From a candidate division WOR-3 bacterium (lineage in GTDB: Bacteria; Hydrothermota; Tepidihabitantia; Tepidihabitantales; DTDR01), in the NCBI GenBank assembly GCA_025060715.1, contig JANXBG010000001.1, forward strand, positions 30,345-94,344: a stretch of 64,000 nt of DNA. The letters run 5' to 3'. Below are positions 19,093 through 30,227 of this stretch, one piece after another. The notes under the pieces are model-generated. The model was given only the letters and a program-made list of their open reading frames with translations. It was not told the DNA's origin and made no database searches. The stretch's first letter is position 1, and each line of letters starts with the position of its first letter. Made by a program: the position numbers and the translations under genes.

Positions 19093-20770
19093 TTTATGGA
19101 AATTTAAATTAGCAAAAATTTATTTTTCAGTAGTTTTTTTTATTATAGTTGGCTTATTAGTAAAACATCAAATCTTTGATTTTCAAAAATATCAATCAGA
19201 AGCTAAGATTTATCATTTAAAAAAATCAATCCTTTTTCCCAAAAGAGGTGAAATATTTGATAGAAAAAAGAGGATTTTAGCATATACTTCCTCGATTTTT
19301 GAATTAGAAGTTTATCCTCAATATTTAAGTGAAAGAAAATTATCTATTGCTTGTTCTTTACTTTTAAAATTTTTCCCCCAGTATTCTTTTTCGCAGATTG
19401 CTCAGCGCCTGACAAAAAAGCATTTTCTTTATTTCACAAAAACTCTGGATTACGAAATAGGAAAACTTTTACAAAAAGAAATATATAAAAAGGGTTTACA
19501 TAATGTCTTATATCTCAAAGAAAATTTTAAGAGGGTTTATCCTTATGAAGAAGTTATTAATTTGTTAGGATTTCTGAATAATAAAAAAGAGGGAGTATTT
19601 GGTATTGAAAAAAAATTTAATCAATTCTTAAAAGGAAAAGAGGGTTATTGGTATTTACAAAAAGATGCTTTTGCTAATCTTTATTCTTATCCTGATTATC
19701 CTAAAGTGGCTCCTATTGATGGAGAAGATCTATATCTAACTATTGATTTAGATGTTCAGAGATTAGCATATGAAGAATTAAAAAAGGGGGTAGAAAAAGA
19801 GAAAGCAAAAAAAGGGGGGTGTTTAATTATTGATTGTGAGAGTTTAGAAGTTTTAGCTTTAGTTGATTATCCTAACATAAACCCGGATTTTTTTTATTTA
19901 ACTCCAGCTAGTATGTGTGAATCCTTTGAACCAGGTTCAATTTTTAAATTAGTAATCTTAGCGACTATTTTGTCTTTTTATGAAAAAGAAGACTTTTTGA
20001 AGAAAAGTTACGATTTACGAAGAGGATATTTAGAGGTCGGAAAAAAAAGAATTTATGATGCCGAAAGAAAAAAATTAGGTATTGTTGATTTTTCTGATAT
20101 TTTTATTTATTCTTCTAATATTGGTGTTTCTCAATTAGCTTTGAAAATAAAAAAAGAAGATTTTTATAAAATGGTTAAAAAATTAAGATTTGGTCAAAAA
20201 GTGGACATTGGTATTCCTAATGAAAATAGTGGTTTTATTCCCTATTTTAAAAAGAAGCATTTTCCAGATATAGATTTTTGTAATAATGTTTTTGGGCAAG
20301 GAATTAAGACAAATTTATTGCAAATTGCTTTAGCTTACCTCGCTATTGCTCAAAACGGTTATTTTGTAAAGCCAATTCTTGTTAAAAAAATAGGTAAAAA
20401 AGTTTTCAAACCAGAAACATTAGAGAAAGTCATTGATGAAGAAAATGTTAAGTTAATAAAAGAAATTTTACATAATGTATGCGTTAAAGGTACAGGGAGA
20501 CTTGCTCTTTTTTCTGAAGAGGTGAAGGTTTGCGGAAAGACGGGCACAGCCCAGAAATTTGATGAAAAGTTAAGAAATTATTCTAATACAAAATCAATAA
20601 TCTCTTTTGTTGGTTTTTTCCCCATGGAAAAACCAAAATATTTAATTGCTCTTTTTCTTGACGAACCTAAAAAAAGTAGATTTGCTTCCGAAGGGGTTTG
20701 CCCAATTTTTAGAAATATTGCTTATAAACTCTGGTATATAAGAAATGATTTAGCTTACTTTAAAAAATGA
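19079..20770 (+). CDS. ftsI: Peptidoglycan D,D-transpeptidase FtsI (PBP3 class)
   Basis: SxxK (SIFK), SSN (YSSNIG) and KTGTAQ motifs; N-terminal TM. Confidence 0.85.
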   Translation: MVKNDLWKFKLAKIYFSVVFFIIVGLLVKHQIFDFQKYQSEAKIYHLKKSILFPKRGEIFDRKKRILAYTSSIFELEVYPQYLSERKLSIACSLLLKFFPQYSFSQIAQRLTKKHFLYFTKTLDYEIGKLLQKEIYKKGLHNVLYLKENFKRVYPYEEVINLLGFLNNKKEGVFGIEKKFNQFLKGKEGYWYLQKDAFANLYSYPDYPKVAPIDGEDLYLTIDLDVQRLAYEELKKGVEKEKAKKGGCLIIDCESLEVLALVDYPNINPDFFYLTPASMCESFEPGSIFKLVILATILSFYEKEDFLKKSYDLRRGYLEVGKKRIYDAERKKLGIVDFSDIFIYSSNIGVSQLALKIKKEDFYKMVKKLRFGQKVDIGIPNENSGFIPYFKKKHFPDIDFCNNVFGQGIKTNLLQIALAYLAIAQNGYFVKPILVKKIGKKVFKPETLEKVIDEENVKLIKEILHNVCVKGTGRLALFSEEVKVCGKTGTAQKFDEKLRNYSNTKSIISFVGFFPMEKPKYLIALFLDEPKKSRFASEGVCPIFRNIAYKLWYIRNDLAYFKK

Positions 20771-22236
20771 AATTAATAGATTTAATTGAAGGAATAAATA
20801 ATTTAGAAATAATTGGAAAAAAGGACATTCCAATTGAAGGGGTCACTTCTTTTTCTAAAAATGTAAAAAAAAACTATCTTTTTGCTGCGATTCCGGGATT
20901 TAAGACCGATGGTTTTCTTTATTTAGAAGAAGCGATAAAAAACGGCGCCACTGCTTTTTTATTACCAAAAAATAGAAGAAAAGATTTAGATAAAAAAAAC
21001 AACTTCACTTATCTTTTTGTTGACGAAATAAGGAAAGTTTATTCCCTTATTTGTAAAAATTTTTATGGTCAAGTAGATAATAATCTTATTTTAATTGGCA
21101 TCACTGGTACTCAAGGCAAAACTACCACCACTTATTTAGTTAAACATATTCTTAATTCTTTTGATATTCCTACTGGTTTAATAGGAACCATTAACCATTT
21201 TGATGGTGAAAATTGGATAAAATCTTTAAATACTACACCTGAAAGTGAATTTATTTATTCTTTACTTAGTAAACTTTATAAAAATAATATTAAATATTGT
21301 GTAATGGAAGTTTCTTCTCACGCTTTAGCATTAGATAGAGTATATGGTTTAAATTTTTCCGTTGCTGGATTAACCAATTTAGGTCATGACCATTTAGATT
21401 TTCATAAAAATATTGAAAATTACAAAAAAAGTAAAAGAAAATTGTTTGAATATTTAAAGATTAATGGTTGGGCAATAATTAATATAGATGATGACTTTGG
21501 GAAAGAATTAATTGATGAGTTAAATAAAAAAAGTATTAATGTGATCACTTATGGAATTGATTCTTCATCTTTAATAAAAGGTGAGATTTTGAAAACCGAT
21601 TTGAAAGGAATGGAATTTATCGTTAAGATTAATGATAAAGAGATAAAAGGAAAAACAAAGATTTTTGGTAAATTTAATTTATATAATATTTTATTAAGTT
21701 TAGGAATTGCTAAAGCGTTAGGATTTAAAGAAGAAGATATTTTGAAAAAGGTTGAAGAGTTTAAAGGAGTGCCGGGAAGATTAGAACGGGTTGAAAATGG
21801 TTTAGGAATTAATGCTTTTGTTGATTATGCTCACACACCCGAAAGCTTAAGGGAGGTGTTAAAAACTCTTCGTTCCTTTAGCAAAAAATTAATTTTAGTT
21901 TTTGGATGTGGCGGCGAAAGAGATAGAGAGAAAAGACCTTTGATGGGAAAGGTTGCGTGTGAGTTTGCTGATATTATAATTATTACTCAAGATAATAGTC
22001 GTTCAGAAGATTTTAAAAGTATTTTGAAAGATATTTTAAAAGGGGTAAATAAGGAAGTAATTGTAGAAGAAGATAGGAGAAAGGCAATTGAAAAAGGAAT
22101 TTCTTTAGCCAAAAAAGGAGACACTCTTTTAGTTGCGGGAAAAGGGCATGAGGATTATCAGATTATCGGCTGTGAAGTTTTTTATTTCAATGATCGAGAA
22201 GAATTAGAAAAAGCTTTTCAAAGATGTTGTATTTAA
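20767..22236 (+). CDS. murE: UDP-N-acetylmuramoyl-L-alanyl-D-glutamate--2,6-diaminopimelate ligase MurE
   Basis: GITGTQGKTTTTYL, a DNSRSED motif (DNPR variant) and the Mur ligase architecture. Confidence 0.9.
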   Translation: MKLIDLIEGINNLEIIGKKDIPIEGVTSFSKNVKKNYLFAAIPGFKTDGFLYLEEAIKNGATAFLLPKNRRKDLDKKNNFTYLFVDEIRKVYSLICKNFYGQVDNNLILIGITGTQGKTTTTYLVKHILNSFDIPTGLIGTINHFDGENWIKSLNTTPESEFIYSLLSKLYKNNIKYCVMEVSSHALALDRVYGLNFSVAGLTNLGHDHLDFHKNIENYKKSKRKLFEYLKINGWAIINIDDDFGKELIDELNKKSINVITYGIDSSSLIKGEILKTDLKGMEFIVKINDKEIKGKTKIFGKFNLYNILLSLGIAKALGFKEEDILKKVEEFKGVPGRLERVENGLGINAFVDYAHTPESLREVLKTLRSFSKKLILVFGCGGERDREKRPLMGKVACEFADIIIITQDNSRSEDFKSILKDILKGVNKEVIVEEDRRKAIEKGISLAKKGDTLLVAGKGHEDYQIIGCEVFYFNDREELEKAFQRCCI

Positions 22237-23303
22237 TTTTTTATCCTTTAAAAGATATTTGGATTGGTTTTAATCTTTTTCGGTACATAACTTTTCGTGC
22301 TTTTTGTGGTAGTGCCCTGGCAATTATTTTGGTATTATTATTAGGTAAAAAAACAATTAATTATTTAAAAAAGAAAAATTTTATTCAACCAATAAAAGAA
22401 TTTATGCCGGAAGGACATTTAAGAAAAAATATTCCCACAATGGGAGGAATTTTAATTGTTTTAGCCAGTTTGGTTTCTTTTCTTCTTTTTGCTGATATTA
22501 CCAATCGGTATATAATTTTAGGTATTTTATTTTTCCTGGCTTTTGCTCTTTTAGGCTTTTTTGATGACTATTATAAAGTAAAAAGGAAAAAAGGATTAGA
22601 TATCAAAACAAAATTGATTTTACAAAGTATAATAAGTTTTCTATTAATTATTTTACTTTATTTCTGGGCAGAGGATAGGAGTTTAAGAGGCATAACCCAA
22701 GTTCTCTTTTTTAAAAATATTCTTCTTAATTTTAAAAGTTTTTACCCAATAATTGCTTTTATTTTTATGTTGATAGTAAGTAACGGAATAAATTTTACCG
22801 ATGGTTTAGATGGTTTAGCTGCTGGGTTGATTGCTATTTGCAGTGGAGTTTATGCGGTTCTTACTTATTGTGGCGGTAATTTTAAAATTGCCAATTATTT
22901 AAATTTGCTTTACATTAAAGAGGTGGGAGAATTAAGTATCTTTGCTTTAATCTTAATGGGCGCCTGTTTAGGGTTTTTGTGGTTTAACGCTCATCCAGCA
23001 CAAATTTTTATGGGCGATGTTGGTTCTTTACCTTTAGGAATGATGTTGGGTTACTTAGCATTAGCTAGTAAACAAGAAATATTATTCATTTTTGCTGGTG
23101 GAGTATTTCTTTTAGAGTTTTTATCGGTTTTTTTACAGGTAATTTATTTTCGTATAACCAAAGGTAAAAGAATTTTCCAAATGGCACCTCTTCATCACCA
23201 CTATGAAATGAAAGGAGAAAAAGAAGAAAAGATTGTGATAAGATTTTGGATTATTGGTGTTCTTTTAGGAATGATTGCTTTAGCAACTTTAAAGATAAGA
23301 TGA
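22224..23303 (+). CDS. mraY: Phospho-N-acetylmuramoyl-pentapeptide transferase MraY
   Basis: Ten-TM protein with NFTDGLDGLA and PAQIFMGDVGSL motifs. Confidence 0.9.
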   Translation: MLYLIFYPLKDIWIGFNLFRYITFRAFCGSALAIILVLLLGKKTINYLKKKNFIQPIKEFMPEGHLRKNIPTMGGILIVLASLVSFLLFADITNRYIILGILFFLAFALLGFFDDYYKVKRKKGLDIKTKLILQSIISFLLIILLYFWAEDRSLRGITQVLFFKNILLNFKSFYPIIAFIFMLIVSNGINFTDGLDGLAAGLIAICSGVYAVLTYCGGNFKIANYLNLLYIKEVGELSIFALILMGACLGFLWFNAHPAQIFMGDVGSLPLGMMLGYLALASKQEILFIFAGGVFLLEFLSVFLQVIYFRITKGKRIFQMAPLHHHYEMKGEKEEKIVIRFWIIGVLLGMIALATLKIR

Positions 23304-24643
23304 GATATTTAATGTTAGGATTAGGAAGACAAGGTAAGGGAATTGTAGAATTTCTTTTAGAAAATAATGAAATTGTGTATGGATATGATAGAGATGAGGA
23401 AAAAAAGAAGGAGTTTTTAAAATATAAAAATTTTCAATGGGTAAAAGAGCAAGAGATTAAGAAACTAAGAAATAGGAAAGATTTAATTGTAATAGTAAGT
23501 GCCGGAATTAACGATGAAAATCCGGTAGTGAAAATGGTGAAGGAATTTCATCAAATAATCTCTGATATTGAATTTGTTTATTCTTTCATAAAAGATAGCA
23601 TAATTATTGCTATTACTGGAACTAATGGAAAATCAACCACTACTTATTTAATTGGTGAGATCTTATTAAGAGACAAAAAAGATGTTTTTTACGGAGGTAA
23701 TTTGGCACCAGGAAAACCTGCGATTGAAGCGGTGCGACTTAAGAAAAAGTTTAATGTATTAGAAGTTTCTTCTTTTCAGTTAGCGCGAATCAAAGATTTT
23801 AAACCTTATATTGGTGTTTTGTTAAACATTAGTTATGAGCATTTAGATTGGCATAAAAGTTTTGAAGAGTATCAAAGAATTAAAATGAGGATTTTCGAAA
23901 ATCAAACAGAAAAAGATTATTGTGTAATTAATAAAAATTTAGTATTTAATCCTTATTTTAACGTTTTTAAACCCAAAATACTAACTTTTTCCGTTGAGGA
24001 TAAATCGGCAAATGCCTATTATGATAAAGTGGAAAAAAAGTTTTTTATAAACTTAGGTGATCATATCTACTCAATTTTAAATATAGAAGAATTGAAATTT
24101 ATTGGAAAAATTCACTACGAAAACATTTTAGCAGCTATTTTAGTTAGCAAAATTTTAGAAGTTAAAGAAGAAAATTTAATAGAAAGTTTAAAAAATTTTA
24201 AGGGGTTACCCCATCGTTTAGAACTGATTTTAGAAAAAAAGGGGAGAAAATATATAAACAACTCAATGTGTACTAATCCGGCAGCTGGTATCACTTCCTT
24301 ATCCTTTTTTGATAAAAAGGTAATTTTAATTACTGGAGGAAAAGAAAAAAATTTGCCTTTAGAAGAATATATTAAAGCAGTTTCCCAAAAAGCGAAATAT
24401 GTAATTTTGTTTGGTGAAAATAAAGAAAAATTAAAAGAGAAGCTTTTAGAGATAAATTATCACGAGTTTTTTTTAGCTGAAACACTTAAAGAGGCAGTAA
24501 TAAAAGCTAAGGAAGTAAGTAAAGAAGGGGATATTATTCTTTTTTCACCAGCTTTTGCTAGTTTTGATTATTTTCGAGATTTTATTGAACGAGGAGAAAA
24601 ATTTAAAGAAATTGTATATGAAATTGAAAAAGATAAAGATTGA
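23300..24643 (+). CDS. murD: UDP-N-acetylmuramoylalanine--D-glutamate ligase MurD
   Basis: Start ATG 23300 overlaps the mraY stop (ATGA). IAITGTNGKSTTTYL P-loop. Confidence 0.9.
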   Translation: MRYLMLGLGRQGKGIVEFLLENNEIVYGYDRDEEKKKEFLKYKNFQWVKEQEIKKLRNRKDLIVIVSAGINDENPVVKMVKEFHQIISDIEFVYSFIKDSIIIAITGTNGKSTTTYLIGEILLRDKKDVFYGGNLAPGKPAIEAVRLKKKFNVLEVSSFQLARIKDFKPYIGVLLNISYEHLDWHKSFEEYQRIKMRIFENQTEKDYCVINKNLVFNPYFNVFKPKILTFSVEDKSANAYYDKVEKKFFINLGDHIYSILNIEELKFIGKIHYENILAAILVSKILEVKEENLIESLKNFKGLPHRLELILEKKGRKYINNSMCTNPAAGITSLSFFDKKVILITGGKEKNLPLEEYIKAVSQKAKYVILFGENKEKLKEKLLEINYHEFFLAETLKEAVIKAKEVSKEGDIILFSPAFASFDYFRDFIERGEKFKEIVYEIEKDKD

Positions 24644-25688
24644 TTTAATCTTTTTAGAAATCCTTTTGCTTCTTACTCTTTTTTCTCTTTTAGCCATTTA
24701 TTCATCTACAATGATTGAAGGTTCAATTTATTTTAAAAAACATTTTTTAAGAATAATTCTTGGTATTTTAGCACTTTTTATCGGTATTCTTATTCCTTAT
24801 GAGTTTTGGAGTGGGAAGCGAGCAAAAATTTTGTATATTTTCTCTTTAGTTATTCTTTTTTTAACCATTCTTTTTTCTAAAATAATTAAATTTTCTGGAA
24901 CAATTAGAGAATTTTCTATCTTCTCTTTAAAATTTCAACCACAAGAATTTTGTAAAATCGTTTTGCTCTTTTTTGTTGCCGATTTTTTGGCTAAAATAAG
25001 AGAAAGAAAAGAGTTAGGTAAATTTCATTATGAATTTTTGTTAATAATTTTATTAATCTTCTTAATTTTAATCCAACCAGCTATTGGGACCACAATAATT
25101 TTATCCTTAACAGTTTTTACAATGTTATTATTTGCCGGAATAAAATTTTCTATTATTTTTTTCTATATTTTAATTATTTTTTCTTTTCTTTTTACAGGAA
25201 TAAATATTTTTCCGCATGCTAAAAGGAGATTTGAAGAATTTAAAAAAGGCAATATTTATCAACAATACCATTCTAAGATAGCAATTGGTTCTGGAGGTTT
25301 ACTGGGAAAAGGATTAGGTTGTGGTAAACAGAAATTTAAATTTATTCCTAAAATTCATACTGATTTTATTTTTGCTGGAATGGCAGAAGAGTTGGGATTT
25401 ATTATAATTTTATTTCTGTTATTAGGTTATTATTTTATTTTAATCAGAGGAATTACAATTGCCCAAAATGCTCCTACGGATTTTGGTAGATTTTTTGCCA
25501 TCGGTTTTATTTTTATGATTTCTTTTTATATCTTTATACATATTTTTTCTGCCTTTGGTTTAATTCCTGTAACAGGACAACCTTTACCCTTTATATCTTA
25601 TGGTGGCAGTGCTTTGATAAGCAATCTTTTTGGAATGGGAGTAATATTAAATATTTCACGAGAGGGAAGAACTTTTTATGAAATATAA
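24618..25688 (+). CDS. ftsW: Peptidoglycan glycosyltransferase FtsW (SEDS family)
   Basis: Start ATG 24618 (MKLKKIKIDLIF). Multi-TM SEDS protein, position in the dcw cluster, and C-terminal PFISYGGSAL motif. Confidence 0.85.
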   Translation: MKLKKIKIDLIFLEILLLLTLFSLLAIYSSTMIEGSIYFKKHFLRIILGILALFIGILIPYEFWSGKRAKILYIFSLVILFLTILFSKIIKFSGTIREFSIFSLKFQPQEFCKIVLLFFVADFLAKIRERKELGKFHYEFLLIILLIFLILIQPAIGTTIILSLTVFTMLLFAGIKFSIIFFYILIIFSFLFTGINIFPHAKRRFEEFKKGNIYQQYHSKIAIGSGGLLGKGLGCGKQKFKFIPKIHTDFIFAGMAEELGFIIILFLLLGYYFILIRGITIAQNAPTDFGRFFAIGFIFMISFYIFIHIFSAFGLIPVTGQPLPFISYGGSALISNLFGMGVILNISREGRTFYEI

Positions 25689-26724
25689 CATTTTTATTAG
25701 TGCAGCTGTCACGGGAGGTCATATAATGCCAGGAATAAGTATTTATGAAGAATTAAAAAAATTTGATTTTAATTGTATATTTTTAGGTAAAAAAGGTGGA
25801 ATTGAAGAAAAAATATATAAAGATTACAATGTATCTTATTATTTATTACCTATCTATCATCCTTTTAGTAAAGGCCTAAAAGAAACAATGTTATTTTTTG
25901 TTACGTTTTTTTATAATATATTTAAATTATTGTATCTTTACTTACGGTTCAAACCAAAAGCGTTGATTGCCACTGGAAATTATTTTTGTATACTACCAAT
26001 TTTAACCATGAAAATATTTTCCAAACCAATATATCTTTTAGAACAAAATACTGTTTTAGGGAGAACTGTAAAGTATTTTTCTATTTTTGCTGAAAAAGTT
26101 TTCTTAGGTTTCCCAATATTTAACGGTTATTTTTTAAAAAAATCAAAGTTTGTTTATACGGGTAATCCTTTAAGAAGAGAAATTAAAGAAGAGAGCTCAG
26201 AAAAAAGAGAAGAGAAATTTTGTTTAATTTTGGGAGGAAGTTTAGGAGCAAAAAAATTAGTGGAAATAGGTATAAGATTAGCTGAGGAATTTCCTAATGA
26301 ATATTTTTTAATTCAAGGGGGGAAAAAAGAAGATAAAATAATTATAGAAAAGAAAAATTTAAAAAATGTAGAAATATTTAATTTTAGATCAAATATTCAA
26401 GAATATTTAAAAAAGGCTAAGTTAGTAATTGCTCGGGCAGGTGGAATGACGATATCAGAGATTTTATATTTAAATATTCCAGCAATTTTTGTTCCCTATC
26501 CCTTTGCCAAAGACAACCATCAACGAAAAAATGCTCAGTATGTAGCTAAAAGAACGGGAAGTTTTCTTTGTGAAGAAAATTGGGAAGAGATGAAAAAGAT
26601 ATTTTCTTTGTTACTCAGCAATGAAGAATTGAGAGAGAAGATAAAAGAAAATATGAAAAAATTTATAAAAAAGGAAGGAGCAACTTTAATTGCTAAATTT
26701 ATTGCAGAAAAGGTAAAGAAATGA
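25678..26724 (+). CDS. murG: UDP-GlcNAc:undecaprenyl-PP-MurNAc-pentapeptide GlcNAc transferase MurG
   Basis: TGGHIMPGISI N-terminal motif; GT28 architecture. Confidence 0.85.
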   Translation: MKYNIFISAAVTGGHIMPGISIYEELKKFDFNCIFLGKKGGIEEKIYKDYNVSYYLLPIYHPFSKGLKETMLFFVTFFYNIFKLLYLYLRFKPKALIATGNYFCILPILTMKIFSKPIYLLEQNTVLGRTVKYFSIFAEKVFLGFPIFNGYFLKKSKFVYTGNPLRREIKEESSEKREEKFCLILGGSLGAKKLVEIGIRLAEEFPNEYFLIQGGKKEDKIIIEKKNLKNVEIFNFRSNIQEYLKKAKLVIARAGGMTISEILYLNIPAIFVPYPFAKDNHQRKNAQYVAKRTGSFLCEENWEEMKKIFSLLLSNEELREKIKENMKKFIKKEGATLIAKFIAEKVKK

Positions 26725-28118
26725 AAAAAAATGATTTGGTTTTTATTAAAAAAAGTTGGAAAGTTAAAAAGATTCATTTCGTAGGTATTGGTGGTAACGG
26801 AATGTCGGGTTTAGCGTTGGTTTTAAAAAATTTAGGTTTTGAAGTTTCTGGTTCAGATATTAAAAAAACTTCATTAACCGAATTTTTAGAAAAAAGTGGG
26901 ATAAAAGTATACTATTTCCATTCTAAAGAAAATATAAAAAATGCCGAATTGGTAGTTTTTTCTTCTGCAATTCCGCCTTCTAATCCTGAATTAGTTTATG
27001 CTAAAAGTTTGGGTATTCCGGTAATTCCTCGTGCAGAAATGTTAGGTGAATTAATGAGAATGAAGTATTCAATTGCTGTTTCGGGTACTCACGGAAAAAC
27101 AACCACTACTTCTTTAATTGCTCATATTTTAGAGTTTGCTAAAAAAGATCCCACAGTAATTATTGGTGGAAGAATATTAAGTATGAACAGCGGTGCTAAA
27201 CTTGGTAAAAGTGAGTATTTAGTTTGTGAAGCTGATGAATCTGATAAAAGCTTTTTATTGCTTTTTCCGACTATTAGTGTTGTTACTAATATTGAACCAG
27301 AACATATGGAGCATTATAAAGATTTAATATCTTTAAAAAATGCCTTTTTAGAATTTTTAAATAAGCCACCTTTTTTTGGGCTATGTATAATTAATGAAGA
27401 TGACATTAATTTAAGAGAAATGAAGAACTTAATAAAAAGAAGAGTTTTAAGTTATGGTCTTTCGGAAAAGGCCGATTTCCAGATTAAAAATGTAAATTTA
27501 AAAAGGAATTTTTCCTCTTTTGATGTATTTCATAAAAATCAAAAATTAATAACAGTAAAAATTCCTTTGTTAGGAATTCATAATGTGTATAATGCGACAG
27601 CTGCTATAATTGTGGCTAAGGAATTAGGGATAAAAGATGAAAAGATTAAAGAGGCGTTAAGGAGTTTTCAAGGTATTGAGCGAAGATTAGAAAAAAAGGG
27701 AGAAAGAGGGGGAGTAATTTTTTATGATGATTATGCTCATCACCCCACAGAAATAAAAGTCACCTTAAAAGCTTTACGACAAAAATATCCTAATAACCGG
27801 ATTATTGCTCTTTTTCAACCACATCGATATACCCGAACTTTTTATCTTTGGGAGAGTTTTGGTGAAGCTTTTGAAGAGGCTAATATTATTATAATAACAG
27901 AAATTTATCCAGCAAACGAAGCTCCTATACCCGGAGTGAGCGGAAGGTTGATATACGATGCTGTTATTTCTAAGGAAAAGGATAAAGAAGTTTATTATTT
28001 AGAAACTTTTGAAAAAATTTATAAAGTAATAAAGAAAAAAATGAAAAGAGGAGATATTGTAATAACTCTTGGTGCAGGAAATATTAAAGAATTATGCGAG
28101 AGATTTTTAAAGGAATAA
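26721..28118 (+). CDS. murC: UDP-N-acetylmuramate--L-alanine ligase MurC
   Basis: HFVGIGGNGMSGLA and VSGTHGKTTTTS motifs. Confidence 0.9.
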   Translation: MKKNDLVFIKKSWKVKKIHFVGIGGNGMSGLALVLKNLGFEVSGSDIKKTSLTEFLEKSGIKVYYFHSKENIKNAELVVFSSAIPPSNPELVYAKSLGIPVIPRAEMLGELMRMKYSIAVSGTHGKTTTTSLIAHILEFAKKDPTVIIGGRILSMNSGAKLGKSEYLVCEADESDKSFLLLFPTISVVTNIEPEHMEHYKDLISLKNAFLEFLNKPPFFGLCIINEDDINLREMKNLIKRRVLSYGLSEKADFQIKNVNLKRNFSSFDVFHKNQKLITVKIPLLGIHNVYNATAAIIVAKELGIKDEKIKEALRSFQGIERRLEKKGERGGVIFYDDYAHHPTEIKVTLKALRQKYPNNRIIALFQPHRYTRTFYLWESFGEAFEEANIIIITEIYPANEAPIPGVSGRLIYDAVISKEKDKEVYYLETFEKIYKVIKKKMKRGDIVITLGAGNIKELCERFLKE

Positions 28119-28975
28119 AAGGAGTTTTAATAGAAGAAAACTTTCCTCTAAGTAAAATTTCTTCAATTGGCATTGGAGGCAAAATTAGATATCTGATTAA
28201 AATTAAAAATAAAAATTCTTTACCTTTTGTAAAAGAAATTGTTGAAAAAGAAAAGATGAAATATGTCTTTATTGGGAAACTTACTAATATGCTTTTTCCC
28301 GAGGGGCTTTTAGAAGGAATGGCAATTCAATATCAAGAAGCTTATTTTGAACAATTAGAAAAAGATCCACCAATAATAAAAGTTGGTGCTGGTATAAGTT
28401 TGACAAATTTAATTTTGAAATTACAAAATCTTTCTATTTATGGATTAGAACCTTTAATTGGAATTCCTGGTAGTTTAGGCGGAGCTATTAAAATGAATGC
28501 AGGAGCCTTTGGAGTTTCTATATCCGATTTTTTAAGTGAAATAGAGGTATTTTCGTTTAAAGAAGGTTTTAAAATTTTAAAAAAAGAAGAGGTTAATTTT
28601 GGTTATCGCTATTCTTCTTTTAAAGATGAAGAGTTAATAGTGGGGGCAATCTTGATAGTTAAAAAAGAGAATCAAAAATATTTAATTGAAGAATACTTAA
28701 AAAAAAGAAATGAAAAATTTCCTAAAGGAAAATCTTTGGGATGTGTTTTTAAAAATCCTAATAATCTTTCTGCCGGAAAATTAATTGAAAAGGCTGGTTT
28801 AAAGAATTTTAATGTGGGTGATGCAGTCATTTCTGATAAACATGCTAATTTTATTATCAATAGAAAAAAAGCAAGATTTTTAGATGTTTATGAATTAATT
28901 CAAATTGTTAAAGAAAGGGTATATAAAAAATTTGGTGTTTTATTAGAAGAAGAGATAAAGATAGTAGATATTTAA
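28094..28975 (+). CDS. murB: UDP-N-acetylenolpyruvoylglucosamine reductase MurB
   Basis: FAD-binding fold (IGIGGKIRY...GIPGSLGGAIKMNAGA) and position after murC. Confidence 0.85.
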   Translation: MREIFKGIKGVLIEENFPLSKISSIGIGGKIRYLIKIKNKNSLPFVKEIVEKEKMKYVFIGKLTNMLFPEGLLEGMAIQYQEAYFEQLEKDPPIIKVGAGISLTNLILKLQNLSIYGLEPLIGIPGSLGGAIKMNAGAFGVSISDFLSEIEVFSFKEGFKILKKEEVNFGYRYSSFKDEELIVGAILIVKKENQKYLIEEYLKKRNEKFPKGKSLGCVFKNPNNLSAGKLIEKAGLKNFNVGDAVISDKHANFIINRKKARFLDVYELIQIVKERVYKKFGVLLEEEIKIVDI

Positions 28976-28976
28976 T

Positions 28977-30215
28977 ATGGAAAAGAAAATAATTACTGCC
29001 TTAGACCTCGGAATTACTACTATTAAATGTTTAATAAGTGAAATTGATCAACAAGAACGAATAAATATCTTAGGATTTGGTGAGGTAGAAGCAAAAGGTT
29101 TTAATAGAGGAGTAGTAGTGGATAGTGAAAAAGCTTTTAAATCATTAGAGTCAGTATTTACCGAAGTTGAACAAAAAACTAAAATCAAAGTTAAAAAAAC
29201 AAGAGTAATCATTGGTTTGCAAGGAGAATATATAAAAGAGCTACGAGGCGAAAGTAGTAAAGATGATTTTATTCGGCCAGTTCAAGAAGAGGATATAATG
29301 GAAGTGAAAAGAAAGGCTCAAAGAATTTCCCTACCTTCGGAATTAATGATTTGGCAATTAATTCCTTTAGAATACGTAATTGATGGAGTTGAGGGAATAA
29401 AACAGCCTCTAAAAAGGTCTGTTTATAATAAATTGACTTTAAAAGCATTACTTTTAACTATTCCCAGAAGTAGTTTAAAGACTTTTATTGAGATTTTTCA
29501 AGAATTAGAATTAAGAAAATTTGAATTGGTTTTTCAAAATGCGGTAATTGGTTTAGGAGTTTGTGAAGAAGAAGAATTAAATAGAGGAGTTGCAGTTTTA
29601 GATATCGGTGGAGGGGTAAATTTTGGAATTTATAAAAATGGCGAATATCAGACGGGTTTTAATTTGCCTTTTGGAGGAGTTTCTATAACCAATGATATTG
29701 CAATAGTATTTTTAACCCCTTTTCATTATGCTGAAAAAATTAAAAAAGAATATGGAATGGCTTCTCGCGATAGCGTAACGGACGACTTGCCAATAGAAAT
29801 AATCAATCACCAAGAAGAAAGAAAAAAACGAATTACTAAAAGTCAATTATCTCATGTGATTGAATGTCGATTAAAAGAAATTTTATATTTGGCTAAGCAA
29901 GAATATGAAAAGTTAAAAGAAGAAAAAATTTCTCTTTCAAGCATCGTAGTTACCGGGGGCGTAGCTAATACTCCAGGAATTACTAAATTGGTTGAAGAAT
30001 TTTTTTCCTTGCCAGCTAGAGTAGGTTTTCATCCGTTGATAAAAGAAAAAATTTCTCCTAGCGAGTTTGTTAATCCCAAATATGCTACTTTAATTGGATT
30101 AATTGAATATAAATTAAAAAAGAAAGATTATTTACCTGTAAAGGATACTGATTTTTTTGATAAAATAAAAAGTTGGATGAAAAAAAGATTTACTTTATTT
30201 TTGGGAGAAGAATAA
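28977..30215 (+). CDS. ftsA: Cell division protein FtsA
   Basis: Actin-like ATPase (ALDLGITTIKCLI..., DIGGGV...) immediately upstream of ftsZ. Confidence 0.85.
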   Translation: MEKKIITALDLGITTIKCLISEIDQQERINILGFGEVEAKGFNRGVVVDSEKAFKSLESVFTEVEQKTKIKVKKTRVIIGLQGEYIKELRGESSKDDFIRPVQEEDIMEVKRKAQRISLPSELMIWQLIPLEYVIDGVEGIKQPLKRSVYNKLTLKALLLTIPRSSLKTFIEIFQELELRKFELVFQNAVIGLGVCEEEELNRGVAVLDIGGGVNFGIYKNGEYQTGFNLPFGGVSITNDIAIVFLTPFHYAEKIKKEYGMASRDSVTDDLPIEIINHQEERKKRITKSQLSHVIECRLKEILYLAKQEYEKLKEEKISLSSIVVTGGVANTPGITKLVEEFFSLPARVGFHPLIKEKISPSEFVNPKYATLIGLIEYKLKKKDYLPVKDTDFFDKIKSWMKKRFTLFLGEE

Positions 30216-30227
30216 AAGGAGGGAAAG